From an uncultured Nitrospiraceae bacterium (GTDB lineage Bacteria > Nitrospirota > Thermodesulfovibrionia > Thermodesulfovibrionales > Dissulfurispiraceae), in NCBI GenBank assembly GCA_963727805.1, contig CAVSHF010000003.1, positions 384,001-448,000 on the forward strand: DNA of 64,000 nt, in the 5' to 3' direction. Every line of letters starts with the position of its first letter. The first letter of the stretch is position 1. This document shows, one piece after another, positions 39,839 through 49,798 of the stretch. The position numbers were made by a program, and so were the translations under genes. The notes beneath the pieces are model-generated. The model was not told the origin of the DNA. It worked only from the letters and a program-made list of their open reading frames with translations, and made no database searches.

Positions 39839-40321
39839 ATGCTAGAATATCAACCAGTGAAAGATACGTGTAAAAAAATTTCAAAGATTATTGCGACCCT
39901 TTTTTTTATAGGATACATGCCATTCGCTCCCGGCACCTTTGGAACCCTTGCAGGGATGCTGTTTATTTGGCTTCTGAAGCCGAGCTTTCCATGGCAGTTT
40001 GCTCTAGTGATCGCTACTCTGATTATAGGCATCATAACATCGGGTATTGCCGAAAATGCTTTCGGCGAGAAGGACAGTAGACATATCGTGATCGATGAAT
40101 TTGTGGGCTACCTATGCTCTGTTATTTTACTGCCATTGACTCCGGCCTATATGCTTGCCGCCTTCTTTTTGTTCCGGTTTTTCGATATTCTAAAGCCGCC
40201 GCCGATACACCTGCTCGAGAGAATTAGCGGCGGCATTGGTGTCATGTGCGACGATGTTGCTGCAGGCATTGCTACAAATGTGATATTACAGATCGTCAGA
40301 TTGGCTGCAGCATGTGCCTGA
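39839..40321 (+). CDS. pgpA: Phosphatidylglycerophosphatase A
   Basis: APGTFGTL, IVIDEFVG, FRFFDILKP and GVMCDDVAAG motifs; start may be GTG 39857. Confidence 0.92.
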   Translation: MLEYQPVKDTCKKISKIIATLFFIGYMPFAPGTFGTLAGMLFIWLLKPSFPWQFALVIATLIIGIITSGIAENAFGEKDSRHIVIDEFVGYLCSVILLPLTPAYMLAAFFLFRFFDILKPPPIHLLERISGGIGVMCDDVAAGIATNVILQIVRLAAACA

Positions 40322-40895
40322 AATACTTCTGTATATGAGGTCCTTTATCGCCATCGATATCCCTACTGCCATAAAATCGTCGATCGACGGTGTAATCAGG
40401 ACTGTCTCAGGCGATGCAAGAGGCATACGATGGGTCTCTACGGAAAATATCCATTTGACGCTCAAATTTCTTGGTGATGTGAGTGATGATCTCGTCCCTG
40501 ACATAGAAAATAGACTAAAGCTGATAGGGAAACATTATCAGTCTTTCAGTATTGGTATCCGAGGAGCCGGCGCATTCCCCAATTTCAAGAACCCCAATGT
40601 GTTGTGGCTCGGTGTCGAAGTATCGGACCGGCTTGGGGCACTTTTCAGGGATATTGAGGCAACTCTTTCGGAAATAGGCTTTGAGAAGGATAGCAGGAGA
40701 TTCTCGCCTCATCTCACCATAGCAAGAGTGAAGGACAGACACAACATTGCCCCTGTGCTTAATGAATTGTCTACATATAAAGATGCTTTTTTTGGTACTA
40801 TAGAGATACGTGAATTTCTGCTCATGAAGAGCGTCTTGAAGCCGTCAGGCGCAGAGTATTCAAAGACGGCTATTATTAAGCTCAATATCGCGTGA
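40314..40895 (+). CDS. thpR: RNA 2',3'-cyclic phosphodiesterase (2H family)
   Basis: MRSFIAI and two HxT motifs (HLTLKFLG, PHLTIAR); usual position before recA; start may be ATG 40335. Confidence 0.9.
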   Translation: MPEILLYMRSFIAIDIPTAIKSSIDGVIRTVSGDARGIRWVSTENIHLTLKFLGDVSDDLVPDIENRLKLIGKHYQSFSIGIRGAGAFPNFKNPNVLWLGVEVSDRLGALFRDIEATLSEIGFEKDSRRFSPHLTIARVKDRHNIAPVLNELSTYKDAFFGTIEIREFLLMKSVLKPSGAEYSKTAIIKLNIA

Positions 40896-40917
40896 TATCA
40901 CATAAGGAGGCACATTA

Positions 40918-41946
40918 ATGAACAAAGACAAACTTAAGGCCCTCGAAATGGCCATTTCACAGATTGAAAGAAGTTTTGGAAAAGGCTCGATCATGCGGCT
41001 TGGTTCGGGAGAGGTCGCCGAAGGGATACAGGCGATACCTACCGGATCGGTGACCCTCGATATTGCAACAGGAATCGGCGGGTTCCCGAGGGGCAGGGTA
41101 ATTGAGATATACGGTCCCGAGTCTTCCGGCAAAACGACACTCGCTCTTAACGCAATTGCGCAGGCGCAGAAGGCAGGCGGTGTAGCTGCCTTCATAGATG
41201 CAGAGCATGCCCTCGACGTGACTTACGCCTCCAAGCTTGGCGTCAACACAGACGATCTCCTGGTGTCACAGCCAGATACCGGTGAACAGGCCCTTGAGGT
41301 GACAGAGACACTGGTGAGAAGTGGTGCCATTGACATCGTTGTCATTGATTCAGTTGCAGCACTCGTGCCCAAGGCAGAGATTGAAGGCGAGATGGGCGAC
41401 TCGCACATGGGTCTTCAGGCAAGGTTAATGAGCCAGGCGCTGAGGAAGCTCACTGCTGCAATATCAAAGTCACTAACCACGGTCATCTTTATCAACCAGA
41501 TCAGGATGAAGATAGGAGTCATGTTCGGCAATCCAGAAACGACTACGGGCGGGAACGCGCTTAAGTTCTATTCCTCGATGAGGCTTGATATCAGAAAGAT
41601 TGACAGTCTGAAAGATGGGCAGGAGACCATCGGAGGAAGGGTGAGGGTGAAGATTGTGAAGAACAAGGTTGCCCCGCCCTTCAGACAGGCTGAATTCGAC
41701 ATTTATTTTAACGAAGGAATATCGAGAGTCGGAGAGATCATCGACCTCGGCGTCGAAAAGAATATCATCGAGAAATCCGGCGCATGGTACAGCTACAGTG
41801 GCACCAGGATCGGCCAGGGACGGGAGAATGTCAGGGAATACCTTAAGAGCAATCCTTTAATCGCCAAAGAGATCGAGCTGAAGATTTTCGAGGCTTATGG
41901 GCTAAAGACCACCACAACGGTCGAAGCGAAGAGCGAGACTAAATAG
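40918..41946 (+). CDS. recA: Recombinase RecA
   Basis: [29 protein letters not shown] and GGNALKFY motifs. Confidence 0.99.
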   Translation: MNKDKLKALEMAISQIERSFGKGSIMRLGSGEVAEGIQAIPTGSVTLDIATGIGGFPRGRVIEIYGPESSGKTTLALNAIAQAQKAGGVAAFIDAEHALDVTYASKLGVNTDDLLVSQPDTGEQALEVTETLVRSGAIDIVVIDSVAALVPKAEIEGEMGDSHMGLQARLMSQALRKLTAAISKSLTTVIFINQIRMKIGVMFGNPETTTGGNALKFYSSMRLDIRKIDSLKDGQETIGGRVRVKIVKNKVAPPFRQAEFDIYFNEGISRVGEIIDLGVEKNIIEKSGAWYSYSGTRIGQGRENVREYLKSNPLIAKEIELKIFEAYGLKTTTTVEAKSETK

Positions 41947-41971
41947 ACGGTCTTCGGTCGGCAAGACAGAA

Positions 41972-42454
41972 TTGAAAAGTCCTGACGACAATTTCCATAA
42001 GGCCTTGCAGTACGCCTTTCTGCTTCTACGATATAGAGACAGGAGTGAAAGAGAAATCATCGAGAGGCTTAACAAAAAAGGATTCACAGAAGAGGCAGGC
42101 ATAAAGGCAGCAAATTATTTAAAAGACAGAGGCTTTATTAATGATGCACGGTATGCGGAATCCCTCAAGAGGATAGCTATCGAGCAAAAGCACCTTGGCA
42201 GGAGAGGGGTCGTTCACTATCTGCTTTCGAAAGGGATTTCCGATGAAATTGTCGAAGGTATTTCAGGTGATGATGAAGAATACTTTGATACTGCCGAAAA
42301 ACTAGTCGCAAGAAAAATGAGACAACTGAAGGGTTTGGATGACAGTGTCATAAAAAGGCGGCTTTGGGGAGCGCTCTTGAGAAAAGGTTACTCTTCGGAT
42401 ATTATCAAAAAAGTGCTGAGAACTCATATCAGTGACGACGAGTGTGAATTTTAA
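41972..42454 (+). CDS. recX: Regulatory protein RecX
   Basis: Directly after recA; RDRSEREI...INDARYA...L.RKGY motifs. Confidence 0.88.
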   Translation: MKSPDDNFHKALQYAFLLLRYRDRSEREIIERLNKKGFTEEAGIKAANYLKDRGFINDARYAESLKRIAIEQKHLGRRGVVHYLLSKGISDEIVEGISGDDEEYFDTAEKLVARKMRQLKGLDDSVIKRRLWGALLRKGYSSDIIKKVLRTHISDDECEF

Positions 42455-42484
42455 TATTAGATGGCTGATGGGAGGATAACAAAG

Positions 42485-42823
42485 ATGATAAAACTGCTTT
42501 TATCAGTAGTTAGTCTTGCAGCAGCATTTACTCTGGGTTGCGCTACTTCCAACATCAGGTTCACGCAGGATGAGATCAAGGAGTATCCTGTCGAGATGCA
42601 GGAGCATATCATAAAGGCAGAGGTTGTGCCAGGTATGATACCGAGCCAGGTGAGGTATGCTTGGGGTGCGCCTGATGAGGTGAAACTATCGACGATGCCT
42701 GACGGCAGACCTCAGGAACAATGGGTTTATTCGTCTGCGTTCGGCATTTTTAAGAGAAAACTCACTTTTATCGATGGTAAGCTGACATCGATCGTGAGTT
42801 CAGAGCCGGGAAGTGTGAAGTAG
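42485..42823 (+). CDS. Hypothetical lipoprotein (SmpA/BamE-like motif)
   Basis: GGAGG RBS before ATG 42485; lipobox TLGC; GM.PSQVRYAWGAP...EQWVY motif. Confidence 0.7.
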   Translation: MIKLLLSVVSLAAAFTLGCATSNIRFTQDEIKEYPVEMQEHIIKAEVVPGMIPSQVRYAWGAPDEVKLSTMPDGRPQEQWVYSSAFGIFKRKLTFIDGKLTSIVSSEPGSVK

Positions 42824-42833
42824 GAGAGGACAT

Positions 42834-45458
42834 ATGAAAGGTTCCGACATCAGAAATACCTTTCTTGAGTTTTTCGAATCGAAAGGTCACCAAACAGTCA
42901 AAAGCTCATCGCTCATCCCGAGGAATGATCCGACACTGCTCTTCACCAATGCCGGCATGGTCCAGTTTAAGTCAGTTTTCTTGGGGGAGGAAAAGCGGCA
43001 GTATGTGCGGGCTACTAGTTCTCAGAAGTGCATGAGGGCGGGTGGTAAGCATAGCGACCTCGAAAATGTGGGTCATACAGCCCGGCACCATACCTTTTTT
43101 GAGATGCTCGGAAACTTCTCCTTTGGAGATTATTTCAAAAGGGATGCAATCCTTTTTGCATGGGAACTCCTGACTGAAAAATTCAAACTGCCGAAGGATA
43201 AATTATGGGCGACTGTATACCAAGATGACGATGATGCAGCGCGTTTGTGGCCTGAACTTACCGGCATCCCGCCCGAGAGGGTTGTCAGGCTTGGTGCCAA
43301 GGATAATTTCTGGCAGATGGGTGATACGGGCCCCTGCGGGCCCTGCTCGGAGATCATCATCGATCAAGGAGAAGCGATAGGATGCGGAAAACCGGACTGC
43401 AAAGTCGGATGCGACTGCGACCGATATCTTGAACTCTGGAACCTCGTCTTCATGCAGTTCAACAGGGACGAAGCGGGCAAGCTTACCCCTCTTCCGAAAC
43501 CGAGCATCGATACTGGCATGGGTCTTGAGCGTCTCGCTGCTGTGCTCCAGGGGAAAAGAAATAATTTTGACACCGACCTTTTTGCCCCCATCATCGCCTC
43601 TATAAGTGCAATGTCAGGAGTCGCTTACGGGAAGAATTCGGAATTGGACGTTTCGATGAGGGTCATAGCCGACCATCTCAGATCCGTCTGTTTTCTGCTT
43701 TCCGAAGGACTTATGCCCTCCAATGAGGGAAGGGGATATGTTATGAGGCGCATCATTAGAAGAGCGGCAAGACACGCAAAATTGCTGGGTTTCGAAGAGC
43801 CTGTACTTTTCAAGATGATGGGATCTGTTGCCGAGGCCATGGGAGACATCTATCCCGAACTTATTCAGGAGAGGGATAGATCATCGAAAGTGCTCCTCTT
43901 TGAAGAGGAACGTTTTACGAAGACCCTCGATCAGGGCATGAGGCTTCTGGATGATGCTGTCTTCAAGATGAAACAGGCAGACGGGAAGGTTATCCCCGGT
44001 GACGTGCTTTTCAAACTTTATGATACGTTTGGATTCCCCCTTGATCTTGCTCGCGATATGGCGATGGACCACCATCTGCATATTGATGAGGAGGGTTTCA
44101 ACCGCGAGATGCACTTGCAACGAGAAAGGGCGCGTGCATCGTGGGTCGGGGAAGAGGACGCCATCGCATCGATTTATAAGGAGCTCAAGTCCGAAATTGG
44201 AGAGACTGTCTTTGTCGGATACGATTCACTTGAATCTGAATCGGTTATTAAAGCCATCCTTAGAGACGGCAAGGTCGTCAACGAAGCATCGGCTGGTGAT
44301 GCGGTAGAACTATTTCTTGATCGCACTCCTTTTTATGGCGAGTCCGGGGGACAACTCGGCGATAGTGGAACAATATATTGTGGCACCACGGAGCTATCTG
44401 TAAGGGATACAAAAAAAGAAGCGGGCCTACACTCCCACTTTGTCACTATACAGAATGGCAGTATCAAGGTCTGGGATAAAGTAACGTGTGTTGTCGACAA
44501 GGACGCCAGAATGGCTATTGCAAGGAACCATACAGCCACGCATATCCTTCACACTGCACTGAGAACTGTCCTCGGTGAGCATGTCAAACAGGCTGGATCA
44601 TATGTCTCTCCCGAAAGACTTCGATTTGACTTCTCACATTTCTATCAGGTTGAGAAGGGTGAACTTGATACCATTGAGGACATCGTCAACGCCGAGGTCC
44701 TCGAAAACAAACCAATCGATACTGAGATATCTGATATACAGACGGCCCTCAAGACCGGTGTGATAGCACTCTTTGGGGAAAAATACGGTGAAGAGGTAAG
44801 GGTGGTAAAGGTGCCGGGATTCAGCTCGGAACTATGCGGCGGAACACACTGTCGTATGACTGGCGAAATCGGGCTTTTTACGATCATCTCCGAAGGGAGT
44901 GTTGCTTCTGGCATCAGACGGATTGAGGCATTTACTGGGAAGGCTGCCTATGAATATCTGAGGGAGAAGCGGGACGATCTTAAACGGATAGGAGATGTCC
45001 TCAAGACTGATCAGCCAGTTGAAAGACTGGAGAAGGTAATGGCTGATCTCAAAGAGAAGGACAGGGAGATTGAGACTCTTAAGGGCAAACTCTCTTCCCA
45101 TAGCTCCTCTTCACTTCTTGAGCTCGCGAAAGAGGTGGACGGCGTAAGGGTCCTGTCTTGCCGTGTCGACAACCTTGAACAAAAGGATTTGAGGGTACTC
45201 GCTGACAATGTCAGGGACCGGCTCGGCTCAGGGATTATCGTCCTAGCCTCCGCAAAAGACGAACAAGCCTCTATCGTAGCCATGGTTACCAAAGACCTTA
45301 CTCGGCAATATAGTGCTGGTGAGATATTGAAGAATATCGCAGCCCTTGCGGGTGGCAGAGGTGGCGGCAAGCCCGATATGGCTCAGGGAGGTACAAAAGA
45401 GCTCGACAAGCTGGATGGCGCCCTTGAATCAGTATATTCCTTGGTTAAAAAGAAGTGA
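42834..45458 (+). CDS. alaS: Alanine--tRNA ligase
   Basis: LLFTNAGMVQFK, RHHTFFEMLGNFSFGDYFK, HTATH, ELCGGTH and GGGKPDMAQGG motifs. Confidence 0.99.
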   Translation: MKGSDIRNTFLEFFESKGHQTVKSSSLIPRNDPTLLFTNAGMVQFKSVFLGEEKRQYVRATSSQKCMRAGGKHSDLENVGHTARHHTFFEMLGNFSFGDYFKRDAILFAWELLTEKFKLPKDKLWATVYQDDDDAARLWPELTGIPPERVVRLGAKDNFWQMGDTGPCGPCSEIIIDQGEAIGCGKPDCKVGCDCDRYLELWNLVFMQFNRDEAGKLTPLPKPSIDTGMGLERLAAVLQGKRNNFDTDLFAPIIASISAMSGVAYGKNSELDVSMRVIADHLRSVCFLLSEGLMPSNEGRGYVMRRIIRRAARHAKLLGFEEPVLFKMMGSVAEAMGDIYPELIQERDRSSKVLLFEEERFTKTLDQGMRLLDDAVFKMKQADGKVIPGDVLFKLYDTFGFPLDLARDMAMDHHLHIDEEGFNREMHLQRERARASWVGEEDAIASIYKELKSEIGETVFVGYDSLESESVIKAILRDGKVVNEASAGDAVELFLDRTPFYGESGGQLGDSGTIYCGTTELSVRDTKKEAGLHSHFVTIQNGSIKVWDKVTCVVDKDARMAIARNHTATHILHTALRTVLGEHVKQAGSYVSPERLRFDFSHFYQVEKGELDTIEDIVNAEVLENKPIDTEISDIQTALKTGVIALFGEKYGEEVRVVKVPGFSSELCGGTHCRMTGEIGLFTIISEGSVASGIRRIEAFTGKAAYEYLREKRDDLKRIGDVLKTDQPVERLEKVMADLKEKDREIETLKGKLSSHSSSSLLELAKEVDGVRVLSCRVDNLEQKDLRVLADNVRDRLGSGIIVLASAKDEQASIVAMVTKDLTRQYSAGEILKNIAALAGGRGGGKPDMAQGGTKELDKLDGALESVYSLVKKK

Positions 45459-45628
45459 TCGAAATGCGGGTCTGGTCGTATATACAGTAGTTTCTGACGC
45501 TTTTATCGCACTCCAGCGTAAATCCGCATTGCGGTTTTTAGTATGCTGCATTTCTTTTGACATTCTGCTGTTCGTTTTGATCATTTAGTTCGGCTTTCTA
45601 TCATATATCACCTTTATGATTGAACCAC

Positions 45629-45661
45629 TTGACAAGCGATCAAAAAAGGAGTAAATTAGTC
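45629..45661 (+). promoter_or_regulatory. Sigma70 promoter of cydAB-rrf2 with possible Rrf2-type operator over the -10
   Basis: TTGACA-N17-TAAATT; overlapping GAGT-AAATT-AGTC resembles a GACT-N5-AGTC IscR/Rrf2-type core. Confidence 0.45.
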
Positions 45662-45706
45662 TCAATTAGTTCGTGAACAGAATCTTACCGCAAGGAGGAG
45701 TAACTA

Positions 45707-47071
45707 ATGGACGCATTGATGTTAAGCAGGCTGCAGTTTGCCGTTACTGCGGGGTTCCATTTCATCTTCGTGCCGCTTACCCTTGGCCTTTCTCTGCTGA
45801 TCGCCTTTATGGAGTCGAAGTACGTCCGCACGGGCGATGAAATGTATTTAAGAATGACAAAATTCTGGGGCAAACTCTTTCTCATCAATTTTGCCCTCGG
45901 CATCGTTACGGGCATTACGCTGGAATTTCAGTTCGGTATGAACTGGGCCGAGTATTCGAAGTATGTAGGCGATATCTTTGGGGCGCCACTTGCTATCGAG
46001 GCGACACTGGCCTTTTTCCTTGAATCCACATTCATCGGGCTCTGGATATTTGGCTGGAACAGGATTTCCAAGAAGCTTCATGCGGCATCGATCTGGATCG
46101 TCGCGATCGCCGCAAATTTATCGGCGCTCTGGATCCTTCTCGCAAATGGTTGGATGCAGAAGCCTGTCGGATATCTGCTTCGCAACGGAAGGGCTGAAAT
46201 GGTGGATTTCGGTGCATTGGTAACAAACAGCTATGGTTGGTCGAAGTTCTTCCACACCGTCCTGTCCGGTTACGTAGCAGCGGCATTTTTCGTGATGGGT
46301 ATTTCTGCATATCATATCCTGCGGAAGAACGAACTTCCCTTTTTCAAAGCTTCGTTCAGGATGGCCGCATTTTTTGGGTTGTTGACGTCTCTTTTTGTCT
46401 TTGTTGCCGGCGATTTTCACGGACGCGAAGTCGCAGAGACGCAGCCGACAAAGCTTGCGGCCATGGAAGCGGTCTGGGAGACGCAGAAGGCAGCTCCGTT
46501 TCATCTCCTGGCCTTTCCTGATACGCAGAATGAGAAGAACTCCGTCGAAGCTATCGCCATTCCCAAAATGCTGAGCTATCTCTCCTATCACGATGGGAAT
46601 GCGGAGATCAAGGGACTCAAGGAATTTCCGGCAGAAATGAGACCTCCTGTGTTGGCGACATTCTTAAGCTTCAGGGTCATGGTGGCACTGGGAATGCTCT
46701 TTATACTTCTCGCAGTTATGGCTTGGCTGGTTTCGAGAAAAGATGCCCTTGAATCCAATCCGCTGCTGTTAAAGATCATGCTCTATGCGATCCCGCTTCC
46801 ATATATTGCAATCCAGCTTGGATGGATCGTCGCGGAGGTAGGGCGGCAACCTTGGATCGTCTATGGATTGTTGAAGACTTCTGATGCGGTTTCAAAGTCC
46901 ATAACACCCGGGCAGGTCATACTGTCTCTTGCAGGATTTACTCTTCTTTACGGGTTTCTGGCCATTGTTGATATCTATCTACTTTTCAAGAATGCCAAAA
47001 AGGGGCCTGAAGAGGAGCCGTCTGTAATCGTGAAACGACCGGGAGTTGTGCCGGCAAAACAGGAGGCATAA
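45707..47071 (+). CDS. cydA: Cytochrome bd quinol oxidase subunit I
   Basis: SRLQFAVTAGFHFIFVPLT, EFQFGMNW, QPTKLAAME and AEVGRQPW motifs. Confidence 0.97.
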   Translation: MDALMLSRLQFAVTAGFHFIFVPLTLGLSLLIAFMESKYVRTGDEMYLRMTKFWGKLFLINFALGIVTGITLEFQFGMNWAEYSKYVGDIFGAPLAIEATLAFFLESTFIGLWIFGWNRISKKLHAASIWIVAIAANLSALWILLANGWMQKPVGYLLRNGRAEMVDFGALVTNSYGWSKFFHTVLSGYVAAAFFVMGISAYHILRKNELPFFKASFRMAAFFGLLTSLFVFVAGDFHGREVAETQPTKLAAMEAVWETQKAAPFHLLAFPDTQNEKNSVEAIAIPKMLSYLSYHDGNAEIKGLKEFPAEMRPPVLATFLSFRVMVALGMLFILLAVMAWLVSRKDALESNPLLLKIMLYAIPLPYIAIQLGWIVAEVGRQPWIVYGLLKTSDAVSKSITPGQVILSLAGFTLLYGFLAIVDIYLLFKNAKKGPEEEPSVIVKRPGVVPAKQEA

Positions 47072-47072
47072 T

Positions 47073-48101
47073 ATGGAATTCCAGATCATATGGTTTGTTT
47101 TATGGTCAGTCTTGTGGGCTGTTTATTTCATGCTGGACGGGTTTGATTTAGGAGCAGGCATCCTACAGCGCTTCCTCGCAAAGAACGAGTCAGAGAGGCG
47201 CGCAATAGTCAGCAGTATGGGGCCTGTCTGGGACGGTAATGAAGTCTGGCTACTGACGGCCGGAGGAGCTACATTTGCGGCCTTTCCGACAACCTATGCG
47301 CTGATGTTTAGTTATCTCTACACTGCATTGTTACTCATTCTCTTTGCTCTGATACTAAGAGGGGTGGCCATGGAGTTGAGAGGAAAAGAAGATAGTGAGA
47401 GGTGGCGCAGCAATTGGGACTTCGCCTTGCTGGTCGGCAGTTTTCTGCCGGCTCTTCTTTTCGGCGTCGCCTTTGGAAACATCTTTGAGGGTCTGCCGAT
47501 GGATGCCGAAGGATATCACGGCACCCTTTTCACCCTTCTGAACCCTTACGGCCTGCTTACTGGGGTTTTCTTTGTCCTCCTGTTTATCATGCACGGAGCC
47601 CTCTTCATTTCCGTGAAGACGTCGGAAGATCTCAGCCAAAGGGCAGTGAGGTTTGCGAACAAGGCTTGGTATCCGCTTCTGGTCGTGGCCGTGTTGTTTC
47701 TCATCTACACAGAATTTGCCACGAAGCTGTATGATAATTTCGTCGGGTCGCCCGTCCTGTTCGTAGTGCCGCTCTTAGCCGTGGTGTCACTCTTAGGAAT
47801 CAAAGCTTTCGCGGCCAAAGGGAGTGCTCTGAAAGCTTTTATGGCTTCTTGCCTGACCATACTGACGGTAACATTCACCGGAGTGATAGGTCTATTCCCG
47901 AACCTGATCCCGTCGAATCTCGATACGCGCTATAGTCTGACGATTTTCAACTCTTCTTCGAGTCCCTATACGCTCAAGATCATGACCGCTGTTGCGTTAA
48001 TTTTCGTGCCGATTGTCATAGTGTATCAGGTCTGGAATTACCGAATATTCAAACAGAAGATCAATCCCTCGGAAATGCTGAAGAAAGGGGAATCCTACTG
48101 A
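47073..48101 (+). CDS. cydB: Cytochrome bd quinol oxidase subunit II
   Basis: LDGFDLGAG and GPVWDGNEVWL motifs; AGGAGG before ATG 47073. Confidence 0.96.
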   Translation: MEFQIIWFVLWSVLWAVYFMLDGFDLGAGILQRFLAKNESERRAIVSSMGPVWDGNEVWLLTAGGATFAAFPTTYALMFSYLYTALLLILFALILRGVAMELRGKEDSERWRSNWDFALLVGSFLPALLFGVAFGNIFEGLPMDAEGYHGTLFTLLNPYGLLTGVFFVLLFIMHGALFISVKTSEDLSQRAVRFANKAWYPLLVVAVLFLIYTEFATKLYDNFVGSPVLFVVPLLAVVSLLGIKAFAAKGSALKAFMASCLTILTVTFTGVIGLFPNLIPSNLDTRYSLTIFNSSSSPYTLKIMTAVALIFVPIVIVYQVWNYRIFKQKINPSEMLKKGESY

Positions 48102-48116
48102 GCGGGATGTAGTGGA

Positions 48117-48512
48117 ATGCTGAGTATCAAACGTGAAACTGATTATGCCATACGCTGTGTTTATTATCTTTCGGGAAAGCCTGATAAGGTGATCATGGTA
48201 GACGAGATAGCTCGCGAAATGTGTATCCCTAAAAGCTTTCTATCAAAGATACTGCAGAAGCTGGCAAGATCGAAAATCGTGAAATCATATGTCGGCGTCA
48301 AGGGCGGGTTTATTCTTGCAGAGAATCCCGGCGATATTACCCTGTATGATGTCATTGTCTCTGTTGAAGGACCTGTGGCCATGAACAGATGTACTGTTAA
48401 AAAGAAGGAATGCGCCCTGAGCAGCAAGTGTAATGTCCATCCCATCTGGGTTTTGGTGAGGCATGATGTTGAGCAGCTACTTAGGGAAAAGAACTTTGGT
48501 GATATCGGATAA
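48117..48512 (+). CDS. Rrf2-family transcriptional regulator with three Cys (Fe-S sensor type)
   Basis: TDYAIR, FLSKILQKL, G.KGGF.LA and VEG motifs; C-x6-C-x5-C near C-terminus. Confidence 0.9.
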   Translation: MLSIKRETDYAIRCVYYLSGKPDKVIMVDEIAREMCIPKSFLSKILQKLARSKIVKSYVGVKGGFILAENPGDITLYDVIVSVEGPVAMNRCTVKKKECALSSKCNVHPIWVLVRHDVEQLLREKNFGDIG

Positions 48513-48530
48513 GAGTTACTGCTAAAAATA

Positions 48531-48560
48531 AAAAGGCGGCACTTCTTAATACCGCCTTCT
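48531..48560. terminator. Possible bidirectional terminator between rrf2 and acyl-CoA dehydrogenase
   Basis: AAGGCGG (48533-48539) / CCGCCTT (48552-48558) inverted repeat with flanking A tract. Confidence 0.4.
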
Positions 48561-48602
48561 CAATGCTTCTTGTTTTATGTGGGGGCGTATCGCGATGCGC
48601 CC

Positions 48603-49760
48603 CTATTTCTTTTTTGCCGCCTCTTTGATAAGCGCCTGCCCGATGACATTCCTCTGGATCTGGTTTGTCCCCTCGTAGATCTGCAGTATCTTGGCATCTC
48701 TCATCATCTTCTCGACAGGATATTCCTTCATATAACCCGAACCGCCCATGACCTGGAGCGCGTTGGTTGTCACGCGCATGCCGAGGTCGGTCGCGTAGGT
48801 CTTGGCTATGGCCGACTCCTTCGATACCTCCCTGGCTCCGCTGTCGATGAAACGTGAAACAGCATAGATGAGCGCTCTCGCCGCTTCGATCTCGATCGCC
48901 ATGTCGGCGAGCATATGCTGAATGGCCTGGAAGCTGATTATGGGGTGCCCGAACTGGACTCGCTGACGGGCGAACTTGACCGCTTCATCAAAGGCACCCT
49001 GTGCGACACCGAGACCCTGGGCGCCGACGCCTGTCCTGGACGAGTCAAGAGTCTTCATCGCAACAATGAAGCCCATGCCCTCTTTTCCGAGGAGGTTATC
49101 TTTGGGAATTCTGCAATTATCAAAGATAAGCTCGGTTGTAGCCGAGCAGCGGATTCCCATTTTGTTCTCCTTCTTGCCGAAGGTGAAGCCAGGGGTGCCC
49201 TTCTCGACAATGAATGCTGAGGCTCCGCGGGGACCTTTAGACTTATCGGTAATTGTGATAATCGTATAGATGTCAGCCACACCGCCGTTAGTGATCCACT
49301 GCTTCGTGCCGTTGAGGACATACTCATCCCCATCGGGCCTGGCTGTGGTCTGTATTCCTCCTGCATCGCTGCCCGCATTGGCCTCAGTAAGACCGAAGGC
49401 GACGAGTCTCTTGCCGGCGGCGATATCGGGAAGGTATTTTTTCTTTTGAGCATCGCTGCCGAACAGCAGGATTGGGAAAGTACCGAGCGCATTTGCGGCA
49501 TATGAGGTTGACACGCCCACACATGCCCTTGAAAGTTCCTCAACAGCGATGCAGAGTTCGAGGCACCCTTTACCAAGGCCGCCGTACTCTTCCGGAATAA
49601 AAAGGCCGAGCATGTCAGACTGGGCCAGCACTTTGATAATCTCATAAGGGAACTCACCGGTTTCGTCGAGTTCGGCCCTGACGGGAACGATCTTCTCCTC
49701 GGCGATCTGGCGTGCAAGATCCCGTATCATTTCTTGTTCTTCATTCAAAAAATAGTCCAT
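48603..49760 (-). CDS. Acyl-CoA dehydrogenase (short-chain/butyryl-CoA type)
   Basis: FGLTEANAGSDA, NGTKQWITNG, RVQFG, GGSGYMKEYPVEKMMRDAKILQIYEGTNQIQR motifs. Confidence 0.94.
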   Translation of the reverse strand: MDYFLNEEQEMIRDLARQIAEEKIVPVRAELDETGEFPYEIIKVLAQSDMLGLFIPEEYGGLGKGCLELCIAVEELSRACVGVSTSYAANALGTFPILLFGSDAQKKKYLPDIAAGKRLVAFGLTEANAGSDAGGIQTTARPDGDEYVLNGTKQWITNGGVADIYTIITITDKSKGPRGASAFIVEKGTPGFTFGKKENKMGIRCSATTELIFDNCRIPKDNLLGKEGMGFIVAMKTLDSSRTGVGAQGLGVAQGAFDEAVKFARQRVQFGHPIISFQAIQHMLADMAIEIEAARALIYAVSRFIDSGAREVSKESAIAKTYATDLGMRVTTNALQVMGGSGYMKEYPVEKMMRDAKILQIYEGTNQIQRNVIGQALIKEAAKKK

Positions 49761-49798
49761 AAAAATCCTCCCGTTGCATCTTCACTTGTAGTGGACAT

